Positions 37,055 to 44,985 of a stretch of 62,360 bases of DNA are shown piece after piece (the stretch's first letter is position 1; each line of letters starts with the position of its first letter). The position numbers and the translations under genes are program-made. Source of the stretch: a virus (Duplodnaviria > Caudoviricetes); the IMG/VR virus record IMGVR_UViG_3300005607_000002, positions 1 through 62,360 of that record. One strand, written 5' to 3'. The notes below the pieces were generated by a model that saw nothing but the letters and a program-made list of their open reading frames with translations, searched no databases and had not been told where the DNA came from.

Positions 37055-38092
37055 ATGGCCTTTCTGACCCTGGCTGACGTCGGGCGTCATTTCGACCCCG
37101 AAGGTAAAATCGCTGACATGGCTGAGCTGCTCAGCCAGAGCAACGAGATGATCGACGACATGCCGCTCGTCGAGGCCAACGGCCTGACTTCGCATGTCAC
37201 CACGGTGCGCACCTCGCTGCCGAAGGGCAGCTACATCCGCTACTATCAGGGCACCGCCTATTCGAAATCCAACCGGGCCCAGCTCGAGTTCGGCATGTCG
37301 CTCCTGCGCGACTATTCGCAGATCGACAAGGAGCTGTGCCGGCTCGGCGGCCAGGAAGCCGTGCTGCGCGAGAAGGAAGACATCGCTCACATGGAGGGGC
37401 TGTCGCAGCAGCAGTCGGCGACCTTGCCCTACGGCAATTCCTGGACCACGCCCGAGCAGTTCACTGGCTTTGCGCCCTATTTCAATACGGTGAATCCCGC
37501 CAATGCCCAGAACGCCGTGAACGTGTTCGACTGCGGAGGCACCGGTTCCTCCAACACGTCGATATGGCTGATCGGCTGGGGCGAATCGACCTGCTACGGC
37601 ATCTATCCCAAGGGCTCCAAGGGCGGCCTTGTCTTCGAGGACAAAGGCGATGTGGTGCCGGGCTTTGACGCCAACCAGCAGCGCTTCGAGGCCTACACCT
37701 CCCTGTTCCAGTGGCAGCTCGGGCTCGTGATCGAGGATTGGCGCTACATCGTGCGTCTGTGCAACATCGACACCACCACGGCGGGCCTGCTCGGCCCGAC
37801 GCCGCCCGACCTCTTCGCCATCCTCGCCCGCGCCATCGTGCGCCTGCCGACCGCTGGCCGCACCGTCTCCGGCATCGTCAAGACCGATGCGCCCGACCGC
37901 ATGGCGCCTGCGGTGCGGCTCAAGCTCTATTGCGATCGCGTCGCGCGCGCCGCCATGGACGTGCAGGCGATCCGCGACAAGAACGTGCTGCTGTCGCCCA
38001 CCGACTATGCCGGCCGCCCGATCGTCAACTGGCGCAACGTTCCGATCGGCGTGCAGGACTCGCTCCTGAACACCGAAGCGCGCGTGGTCTAA
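37055..38092 (+). CDS. Major capsid protein (BPP-1 Bbp17-like)
   Basis: ELLSQSNEMIDDMP..EAN, TTVRTSLP, TSIWLIGWG...GIYPKGSKGGL, DWRYIVRLCNID, DSLLNTEARV. Confidence 0.92.
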   Translation: MAFLTLADVGRHFDPEGKIADMAELLSQSNEMIDDMPLVEANGLTSHVTTVRTSLPKGSYIRYYQGTAYSKSNRAQLEFGMSLLRDYSQIDKELCRLGGQEAVLREKEDIAHMEGLSQQQSATLPYGNSWTTPEQFTGFAPYFNTVNPANAQNAVNVFDCGGTGSSNTSIWLIGWGESTCYGIYPKGSKGGLVFEDKGDVVPGFDANQQRFEAYTSLFQWQLGLVIEDWRYIVRLCNIDTTTAGLLGPTPPDLFAILARAIVRLPTAGRTVSGIVKTDAPDRMAPAVRLKLYCDRVARAAMDVQAIRDKNVLLSPTDYAGRPIVNWRNVPIGVQDSLLNTEARVV

Positions 38093-38104
38093 GGGAGGAC
38101 CGCC

Positions 38105-38671
38105 ATGTCTCTGATGGACCAGAATCTCGTCCTCACCGCCAACAGCGGCAGCGGCACCGCCTACCAGACCGTGACCGCAACGGCCGTCTCCGCGAGCACC
38201 TATGACCAGCTCAACGGCGCGCTGATCCCGACCTCGGGAGGCACCTATGCGACGCCGCCCAATTCGATCATCGGCAATGCCCAGTTCTTCGGCGAGGATC
38301 TCGGCCTCGGCCGCGGCGTGGGAACGCCGCAGCTCGTAGGCTTTACCGGCCCCGGCACGCCGGGCGCGGCGACTTCGCTCACCGTGCAGCTCCAGGGAGC
38401 GCCCGACAACGGCGGCGGCACCATCGCGGGCCTCACCTTCGTGCCCTACATCCAGACCCGCGCCATCGCGCTCGCCTCGATCATCGCCAGCCGCAGGCTG
38501 TTCGCCTTCGATTTCCCGCGCCGCCAGGAGGGCGACGGCTTGCCCCGCTTCATCAACCTCAACTTCGTGGTGGCGGGATCGAACTTCACCGGCCTGTCGA
38601 TCGCCGCCTATATCAACCTCGGCGAGACCTCCGCCCAGGCGACGCTCGGCCAGTATCCGGCGAACTATTAG
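38105..38671 (+). CDS. Capsid cement/decoration protein (Bbp16-like)
   Basis: Follows the capsid gene; GEDLG, SLTVQLQGAPD, PRFINLNFVV. Confidence 0.7.
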   Translation: MSLMDQNLVLTANSGSGTAYQTVTATAVSASTYDQLNGALIPTSGGTYATPPNSIIGNAQFFGEDLGLGRGVGTPQLVGFTGPGTPGAATSLTVQLQGAPDNGGGTIAGLTFVPYIQTRAIALASIIASRRLFAFDFPRRQEGDGLPRFINLNFVVAGSNFTGLSIAAYINLGETSAQATLGQYPANY

Positions 38672-38684
38672 CGGAGGCGGCGCA

Positions 38685-39359
38685 ATGACCGACGACGCCG
38701 AAGACGCCGCCAGACGCGGCCGCCGTGCGGGAACCGTCGCGGAGCCCGCCGACCCCCTCGCCGGCACCGGCTACGAGCGGCTGCCCGAGGTCTTCGCCAT
38801 GCGGCAGGATGACGGCTCGATCGTGCAGGAAACCGAGCCCTGCTATATCTGCCGGGCCGACTGCTTCCTCGGGTCCGGCCGCGACGTGACGCTCTATGAG
38901 GAATCCTCGATCGTCGTCACCGGCGCGGTGCCGAATATCCACATGGAGCCGCTCAACCGCGCGGCGGCCATCAACTACGTGAAATGGCAGCGGCGGCTGC
39001 CGGAGACGAGGGCGCCGATCGATGTCGGCGACATGGCCGAGGCGGCGCAGATGCTTGCCGCCGATCCGGAGGCGCTCAAGCTCAACAAGCTGCACTGGCA
39101 GCAGGCGGTGGTGAAGCTCGCCGGCGAACTGCGGCTGCGGCGCGAGGGCGCCGAGGCGCGCGAGCTGCCGCCGATCGGCCACAATTTTGCGCGCGGCGCG
39201 CGCATCCAGGCGCCTCCGATCCTCGGCGCGAAGCTTGCCGACATGAGCCAGAATCTGCCGGGCCAGACCCGCTTTGCCGCGGCGATCCCGGCGTTCTCGC
39301 CCGGCCCGCTGACGCGCCGGGCCGGCCCGGCGCCCATGAACATGCCGGCCGGGAGGTGA
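38685..39359 (+). CDS. Hypothetical head-module protein
   Basis: GGAGG RBS; PNIHMEPLNRAA. Confidence 0.65.
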   Translation: MTDDAEDAARRGRRAGTVAEPADPLAGTGYERLPEVFAMRQDDGSIVQETEPCYICRADCFLGSGRDVTLYEESSIVVTGAVPNIHMEPLNRAAAINYVKWQRRLPETRAPIDVGDMAEAAQMLAADPEALKLNKLHWQQAVVKLAGELRLRREGAEARELPPIGHNFARGARIQAPPILGAKLADMSQNLPGQTRFAAAIPAFSPGPLTRRAGPAPMNMPAGR

Positions 39360-39361
39360 CC

Positions 39362-39874
39362 ATGACGAAACTGCGCCTGTTGCTTTTGCTCGCCGGCGCC
39401 ATGCTCGCCGGCGCGATCGGGTTTGCCCTCGGACAGGGCTCGCCGGGTTCGCTCGTTACCAGTCTCCAGGGCAATGAGCTTGTTCAGATTCAGGGTGTCC
39501 AGGCCAACGGACAGCCGGCCCCGCTCATCAATGTGGTCGCCGCCAGCCAGCTGCGCAATGCGACCGGCTACCAGCTTCTCGCCTCAGCGAGCGGCACCAT
39601 CTCGCCGACCAACCTTGTTGACAATCTTCTGATCAACGCGCAGCCGGCGAATGGCACGGTCATCAATACGCCGTCGTCGCCCTACGATGCAGAGCTGTTC
39701 GCAGTCTGCAACGTTACCTCTACCGCCTGGGCCACCAATACCGTGACGCTCTCCGCGGCTTCCGGCTCCAGCCTCAATGCGGGCACCGTCACCGCGCTCA
39801 CCACCCTCGCGGCGCATACCTGTGAAGAGTTGACCTATGATGCGGCTAACACGACCTGGTACCAGGTGAGGTAG
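39362..39874 (+). CDS. Putative virion protein with signal-peptide-like N-terminus
   Basis: GGAGG RBS; MTKLRLLLLLAGAMLAGAIGFALG-Q; beta-rich, ends NTTWYQVR. Confidence 0.65.
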   Translation: MTKLRLLLLLAGAMLAGAIGFALGQGSPGSLVTSLQGNELVQIQGVQANGQPAPLINVVAASQLRNATGYQLLASASGTISPTNLVDNLLINAQPANGTVINTPSSPYDAELFAVCNVTSTAWATNTVTLSAASGSSLNAGTVTALTTLAAHTCEELTYDAANTTWYQVR

Positions 39875-39877
39875 GTT

Positions 39878-40075
39878 GTGCCGTGGACCGCCAGGAGTTT
39901 TGCCGCGCGGCATAACCACAAGCTCAAGGGCGAGGCTGCGGCCAAAGCGGCCCGCATCGCCACGGCCATGGTTGAGCGCGGCGTTCCCGAAGGGGAGGCG
40001 ATTGCTACGGCGAATAAGCGGGCCGCCGCAGTCACCCGGCGGTCCCGCGCCGAACGCTGGTACGACAGGAAATAA
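39878..40075 (+). CDS. Small basic protein
   Basis: MPWT...IATAMVERGVPEGEAIATAN...RWYDRK. Confidence 0.6.
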   Translation: MPWTARSFAARHNHKLKGEAAAKAARIATAMVERGVPEGEAIATANKRAAAVTRRSRAERWYDRK

Positions 40076-40099
40076 ACGCCGCACCCGCGGAGTGGCCAG

Positions 40100-40315
40100 A
40101 TGGCGAAGAAATGGATCAGCAAGGCGATCAAGCGTCCCGGCCGCGAAAAGGAACGCGCCAGGGAGCACGGCATTTCCGTGCACGAGCAGATGGAGCGCGA
40201 CGCCCACAGCAAGAATCCGTCGCTGCGCGCTGCCGGCAATCTCGGGCTGCGGCTTTCCGCAATGAGCAAAAGCCGGGCCAGAAAGCGCAACTGGTATGAT
40301 CACAAATCCGGCTGA
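40100..40315 (+). CDS. Small basic protein
   Basis: MAKKWISKAIKRPG...NWYDHKSG. Confidence 0.65.
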   Translation: MAKKWISKAIKRPGREKERAREHGISVHEQMERDAHSKNPSLRAAGNLGLRLSAMSKSRARKRNWYDHKSG

Positions 40316-40563
40316 TGATTGCGCAGCACGCGGCGCGCTACCGCAGCCGTCCGCACGGCGAAAAATGGTGCGCCCGTTGCACGAGCTTCCGGCCGCCGCA
40401 GGCCTGCGCGCAGATCGCAGGCAGAATCAGCGCGAGCGGATATTGCCTGCGCTTCGCGCGCATCGATGAGCGGGGAGAAGAACATGGCGAAAGCGAGCTG
40501 GTACGATCGCGGCGGCAAGGCCAGGCACGGCGAGGCCGACAGGCGGCCGAAGAGCATTCATGA
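40315..40563 (+). CDS. HiPIP-like four-cysteine protein
   Basis: ARYRSRPHGEKWCARCTSFRPPQACAQIAGRISASGYCLRF. Confidence 0.55.
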   Translation: MIAQHAARYRSRPHGEKWCARCTSFRPPQACAQIAGRISASGYCLRFARIDERGEEHGESELVRSRRQGQARRGRQAAEEHS

Positions 40564-40801
40564 GCGGCACGCCGCCGAACGCGAGGAAACCCATGCGCGC
40601 CACGCCAAGGCGCGCGACGCGCTGCACAAGCAGCACGAGGAGGAGCTGGCGGCGCTTGCGCAGCGCCACGGCGACGAACTTGCCAATGCGCCGGGCGAGG
40701 GCGACACCGGAGCCCCTGCGGCGGCCGGCGCCATGAACACGGCGGGCGCCGGCGCTGCGGCTGGGACGCCGGCCGGCGTCGCCGGGACCAACGCCGCGTA
40801 G
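40484..40801 (+). CDS. Hypothetical His/Glu-rich helical protein
   Basis: GGGGAG RBS; MAKASWYDRGG. Confidence 0.6.
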   Translation: MAKASWYDRGGKARHGEADRRPKSIHERHAAEREETHARHAKARDALHKQHEEELAALAQRHGDELANAPGEGDTGAPAAAGAMNTAGAGAAAGTPAGVAGTNAA

Positions 40802-40816
40802 AAGGAGAGCAAAGGC

Positions 40817-41287
40817 ATGGCAGCCTACAACGGCCGCGGCGCGGAATGGCCGGAGGGCGGCATGATCGACATGGCGAAATCTCCGGCGCGCATCGCCGAG
40901 GAGGCGACGCCCGCAAAATGCGCGCCATCCCCGGTGGCGGAATATCCCTATGGGCTGTGCATCAGCTTCGATGACGACACCCTCGCCAAGCTCGGCCTTG
41001 ACGGCGAGCTGCCCCAGGTGGGCGACATCTTCGAATTCTGCGCGGTCGCCAAGGTCACCTGCGCGTCGAGCAATGAAAGCATCGACCCCGCCACCGGCGA
41101 GACCAAAGCCTGCAAACGGGTGGAGCTGCAGATCATTGCCATGGCCCCGCGCGAGGACGACGCCGTGGAGCAGGCGATGCAGCAATCCGCCGCGCGCCGC
41201 AGGCGCTTTTACGGCGGTTCGATGCAATCCTATGACCGCGACGTCGCCGCCTATAACCCCGGCCGCGACGCCGGAGCGCGGCCGTGA
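40817..41287 (+). CDS. Capsid staple-like protein
   Basis: MIDMA, YPYGLCISFDDDTLAKLG, RVELQI. Confidence 0.65.
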   Translation: MAAYNGRGAEWPEGGMIDMAKSPARIAEEATPAKCAPSPVAEYPYGLCISFDDDTLAKLGLDGELPQVGDIFEFCAVAKVTCASSNESIDPATGETKACKRVELQIIAMAPREDDAVEQAMQQSAARRRRFYGGSMQSYDRDVAAYNPGRDAGARP

Positions 41288-41538
41288 CACAGGGCCTGCG
41301 GCGCTGCCGCCTGCTGGCGCCCGCGCAGATCGGCGGCGCGCTGTGCGCGCCCGGCCACGAGTTTTTTCTTGCCCCCGGCGCGGCCGGACCGCGCCGCACC
41401 GTTGTCCATGCCCATGAGAAGCTTGATGTCGCCAATGACGCGGCGCGCCTGCTGCCAGACCTCGTTGACGAGCCGCTGTACGAGGAATGGGACGGCGAGC
41501 GGTGGACCAGGCCGGCGGCCACGGAGGTGACGCCATGA
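41284..41538 (+). CDS. Hypothetical protein
   Basis: Overlaps both neighbours at stop/start junctions. Confidence 0.5.
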   Translation: MTQGLRRCRLLAPAQIGGALCAPGHEFFLAPGAAGPRRTVVHAHEKLDVANDAARLLPDLVDEPLYEEWDGERWTRPAATEVTP

Positions 41539-41972
41539 TGCCGCCCGCCCGCTTCCTTGCCGCGCTCGCTTTTGCGCTCGCTCTCGCCTGCGGGGCCGCC
41601 TTCGGCCAGACCGCGGGCGTGTCGCCGAGCCAGATGTTCGGCTGCAACCGCTCGGCGTTCTATGACAACAACATCGCCACGCCGACGCGCCTCGTGCAAG
41701 GCGCGTCTACCGGGCAGATTTATGTCTGCGGCTGGAACATCCTCGCCGCCGCGGCGGTGAACGTCGATCTCATCTATGGAACCGGCGGTACGTGCGGGAC
41801 CGGCACGACCAAGATCACGCCGATGTTCCAGCTCACCGGCTCGGCGCTCGGCAATGTCGATCACCTGCCGGTCTATACCGGCATAACGCCGGTGCCGGCC
41901 GGCAACGATCTCTGCATCAATCCGAGCGCCGCCGTCGCCATCCAGGCGATCGTCTATTACACGCAGTTCTGA
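41535..41972 (+). CDS. Cys-containing protein with signal-peptide-like N-terminus
   Basis: GGAGG RBS; RFLAALAFALALACGAAFG-Q; IYVCG, YGTGGTCGTGT. Confidence 0.65.
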   Translation: MMPPARFLAALAFALALACGAAFGQTAGVSPSQMFGCNRSAFYDNNIATPTRLVQGASTGQIYVCGWNILAAAAVNVDLIYGTGGTCGTGTTKITPMFQLTGSALGNVDHLPVYTGITPVPAGNDLCINPSAAVAIQAIVYYTQF

Positions 41973-41985
41973 CGCGATTCACTCA

Positions 41986-43449
41986 ATGCAACGATTGTTC
42001 GCCGCAGCGTTGGCGCTGCTTGGCCTGACCGCGCTCGCCGCCGGCCAGGCGTGGCTCTTTTCGCCCGCCGCGCAGACGCAGCCGGCCGGAGGCTTTGTCT
42101 CGCAGGTCGATCCGAACTGGTGGAAGCGCTTCCAGTTTGCCGGCGTCAACCCGACCGTGGTAATGGATTTCGCCGACGGGCTTTATTGGAACGGGTCGCA
42201 GACCCTCACGAGTCCCTCTTCCTTTATCAGCGGGAGCGGAGCGGTCACATCGGGGTCAGGACTTGGCGGATTTTCGACCAATACGACCGCAACCGGCGCG
42301 CTGCTTACCGCCTTCCAGAATACCTCCGGATATAACGTCCAGATCGCCACCTTCGGCGCTCCGGCGGCCGGCGGAACAAACATCGGGTTCATCCAGGACA
42401 ACGCCGTCAACGGCGTGCTGATGAACATCACAAACGGCGCGTTTATGACCTTCAACAACAGTAACTCGACGCTGCTGGAGGACACGAACGCCTATGACTG
42501 GACCAAGACAAACTGGGGATCGGTATCCGTCGCGGGCGCTCTTTCGACGCGGCGGCTGTCCTCGGTGGGGACCGGCGCCGGCACCGCCGGAGCAGCCGGA
42601 ACCCACGCCGCCGACGCGAACGGATATGGGAGTCCGACCAGCATTACGCTCGGTTCGTGGAACGGCGCCAACGTGTTCGGCGGCTTTATCGCCAGCATGG
42701 CGGTGTTCAACAATACCGTTCTCGCCGATCGCGTCATCCCGCCCGCGGCCTTTACCGGAACAAACGGCTGGTGGTGGAACGGGGATCTCACCAATTCAGG
42801 AATTTCCTACGGCAACATCCTCCAATACGAGCGCACTCAGCCGTGGACCGTGGTGGTCGCCCAGATTCTGTTTGCCTTGGGCGGCGGCGGCCACAACGGC
42901 GTGTCGGGCATCTATTTCACCAACGTCACGGCAGCCTCGCCGTTTCCCGGCTACGAATTCTGGGTTGACGGCAACGGCAACGCCACCGTGCGCGTCATCA
43001 ACACGAACGGCACCAACCTGATCGACGTGCATGGCGGCACGGTGCTGGCCGACGGCAAGTGGCACGTCGTCGCCGCGACTTATGACGGCTCGAGCCGCGC
43101 CGCCGGCGTGCAGATCTACGTGGACGGCAATCCCGAGACGATGACCGTTGTCTCGGACACGCTGACGGCCTCGATCGTCGCGTCCGGCCAGGACTACATT
43201 ATCGGCAATCAGCAGGCCGTGAATTTTGCGCTGATGGGCGCGATCGGCCTGTTCCGCCAGTTCAACGTGGTGAAGAGCCAGGCCTTCATCCAGAACTTCA
43301 AGATCAATTACACTGTGCCGCCGTGCGACTCCACCTGCGTGCTTGCCCCCAAACTTAACGAAGGCGGGTCGAGCACGACAACCGGAGATTATTCGTCGAA
43401 TAATTTCACCGGCACGATGGCCAACGGCAATCAGTGGCTGAGAGGTTGA
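41986..43449 (+). CDS. LamG/concanavalin-A-like domain protein with signal-peptide-like N-terminus
   Basis: DGKWHVVAATYDG...IYVDG LamG signature. Confidence 0.75.
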   Translation: MQRLFAAALALLGLTALAAGQAWLFSPAAQTQPAGGFVSQVDPNWWKRFQFAGVNPTVVMDFADGLYWNGSQTLTSPSSFISGSGAVTSGSGLGGFSTNTTATGALLTAFQNTSGYNVQIATFGAPAAGGTNIGFIQDNAVNGVLMNITNGAFMTFNNSNSTLLEDTNAYDWTKTNWGSVSVAGALSTRRLSSVGTGAGTAGAAGTHAADANGYGSPTSITLGSWNGANVFGGFIASMAVFNNTVLADRVIPPAAFTGTNGWWWNGDLTNSGISYGNILQYERTQPWTVVVAQILFALGGGGHNGVSGIYFTNVTAASPFPGYEFWVDGNGNATVRVINTNGTNLIDVHGGTVLADGKWHVVAATYDGSSRAAGVQIYVDGNPETMTVVSDTLTASIVASGQDYIIGNQQAVNFALMGAIGLFRQFNVVKSQAFIQNFKINYTVPPCDSTCVLAPKLNEGGSSTTTGDYSSNNFTGTMANGNQWLRG

Positions 43450-43462
43450 GCCGGGGTCGCCC

Positions 43463-44269
43463 GTGACCGCTCCCGTCGATCTCTGCAATATGGCGCTCGG
43501 CCAGATCGCCGCGCGCACCTCGATCACCGGGATCAATCCGGCCTCGCCGCCCAACAACAAGGCGGCGGAGACGGCGTCGAGCCTTTATCAGATACAGGCT
43601 GACGCCGTGTTCCGCGCGGCGCATTGGAATTCGGCGCGCATTCAGAATCCGCTTACCCTGCTGCGCGCCGCCCAGGGCACGCCGGAAAATCCTTCCGGCA
43701 CGACGCTTCCCCTGCCCCCGACGCCGTGGCTCTACGAATACGCGTGGCCGCCCGATTGTCTGCTCATGCGCTTCGTCGTTCCGAAGCCGTTGCTCCAGGC
43801 TGCCTCCTCCGTTCCGCTGATGACCGGCCTCGGCTGCATGAGCCGGCCGTTGGTCAGCACGGCGGTTCCGTTTGTGCCGGCCGTTGATCTTGACGCCAAC
43901 GGCAACCAGATCAAGGTCATTCTCACCAACGCGCGCAACGCCGACGGCGTCTACACCGGCCGCGTCGCCAATGTGGATCTGTGGGACGTGAGCCTCCAGA
44001 ACGCGGTGGTGGGCGCGCTGGCGGCGTGGTTCGTCATGCCGATCACCGGCGACAAGTCGTTGCTGGCGGCGCGCGTGCAGCTTGCGGTGGGCCTTATCAA
44101 TGCCGGGCGTATCTCGGACGGCAACGAGGGCATTACCACGGGCGACGTTCCGGTTGACTGGATGGAGGTGCGCAATGCCGGCGCCGGCTGGGGCGACGGC
44201 TTCTCCGCCGGCCGGCCCTATGTGGCCGCCTGGCAGCCGATCGCCATGCCGGACGGGGTGAGCTATTGA
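43463..44269 (+). CDS. Tail tubular protein A / head-tail adaptor
   Basis: VDLCNMALGQI, RAAHWN, WLYEYAWPPDCL. Confidence 0.8.
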   Translation: MTAPVDLCNMALGQIAARTSITGINPASPPNNKAAETASSLYQIQADAVFRAAHWNSARIQNPLTLLRAAQGTPENPSGTTLPLPPTPWLYEYAWPPDCLLMRFVVPKPLLQAASSVPLMTGLGCMSRPLVSTAVPFVPAVDLDANGNQIKVILTNARNADGVYTGRVANVDLWDVSLQNAVVGALAAWFVMPITGDKSLLAARVQLAVGLINAGRISDGNEGITTGDVPVDWMEVRNAGAGWGDGFSAGRPYVAAWQPIAMPDGVSY

Positions 44270-44985
44270 GGCGCAAAGAGACGCTGGCCGAAGGCGTCGA
44301 GCTTTGGTTTGGCGATTGTCGCGAGGTGCTGCCGAAGCTGGGCAAGGTCGACGCGGTGGTGACAGATCCGCCGTATGGGATGAACTACGACACCAATAGC
44401 AAGCGCTTTAGCGGCGGCAAGCGGAAGCGCGGGGAGGGTCGCGATGATCGTTATTGCATCGACGACGACGAGCCGTTTGATCCTGCTTGTTGGCTTGCCT
44501 TCAGACATGTCATTCTATGGGGCGCCAATCACTATGCTCAACGTCTTCCGCGGGGCTCGACGCTGGTCTGGCTAAAGCGGCACCCGAAAAATTATGGCAC
44601 GTTTTTGTCCGACGCCGAGATCGGCTGGCAAAACCGCGGTCATGGCGTTTATGTCTTTCATGCTCCTGACAGTATCGGCCGCCGCCAACTGGAATATCTC
44701 GGTGATGCGTTTGGAGGTCAGACGGCCCATCCGTTTCAGAAGCCGATTGCGCTGATGCGATGGTGCATCGAGCGAGTCGGCGACGCCTATAGCATCCTCG
44801 ACCCCTTCATGGGCTCGGGCACCACCGGCGTCGCCGCCATCCAGCTGGGCCGAAGATTTATCGGCGTTGAAATCGACGAAAAATACTTCGACGTCGCCGT
44901 ACGCCGCGTTTCCGAAGCTCTGAAGCAGACTGATTTTTTCATTGAGAAGGCGAAGCCTCCGAAGCAAGAGTCGTTGACGTTTTGA
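44266..44985 (+). CDS. DNA methyltransferase (N4-C/N6-A, beta class)
   Basis: GDCREVL, VTDPPYG, HPFQKP, ILDPFMGSGTTG, FIGVEID. Confidence 0.92.
   Translation: MRRKETLAEGVELWFGDCREVLPKLGKVDAVVTDPPYGMNYDTNSKRFSGGKRKRGEGRDDRYCIDDDEPFDPACWLAFRHVILWGANHYAQRLPRGSTLVWLKRHPKNYGTFLSDAEIGWQNRGHGVYVFHAPDSIGRRQLEYLGDAFGGQTAHPFQKPIALMRWCIERVGDAYSILDPFMGSGTTGVAAIQLGRRFIGVEIDEKYFDVAVRRVSEALKQTDFFIEKAKPPKQESLTF

Noticed and set aside
36299-38767. Long antisense ORFs (this 822-aa one, also 49794-51827, 52117-54189, 16641-18215)
   Set aside because: Shadow frames of GC-rich genes on the opposite strand, with no recognisable motifs
35247-38989. 102-bp near-repeat pair as a diversity-generating retroelement TR/VR, since BPP-1-like phages can carry DGRs
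   Set aside because: Only 3 of 9 mismatches involve A in one copy, the copy is not at a tail-fibre 3' end, and no reverse transcriptase gene was seen
44217-44227. Self-target of spacer 1 (CCTATGTGGCC match to its reverse complement)
   Set aside because: Only about 11 nt; plausible by chance in a GC-rich 62-kb genome
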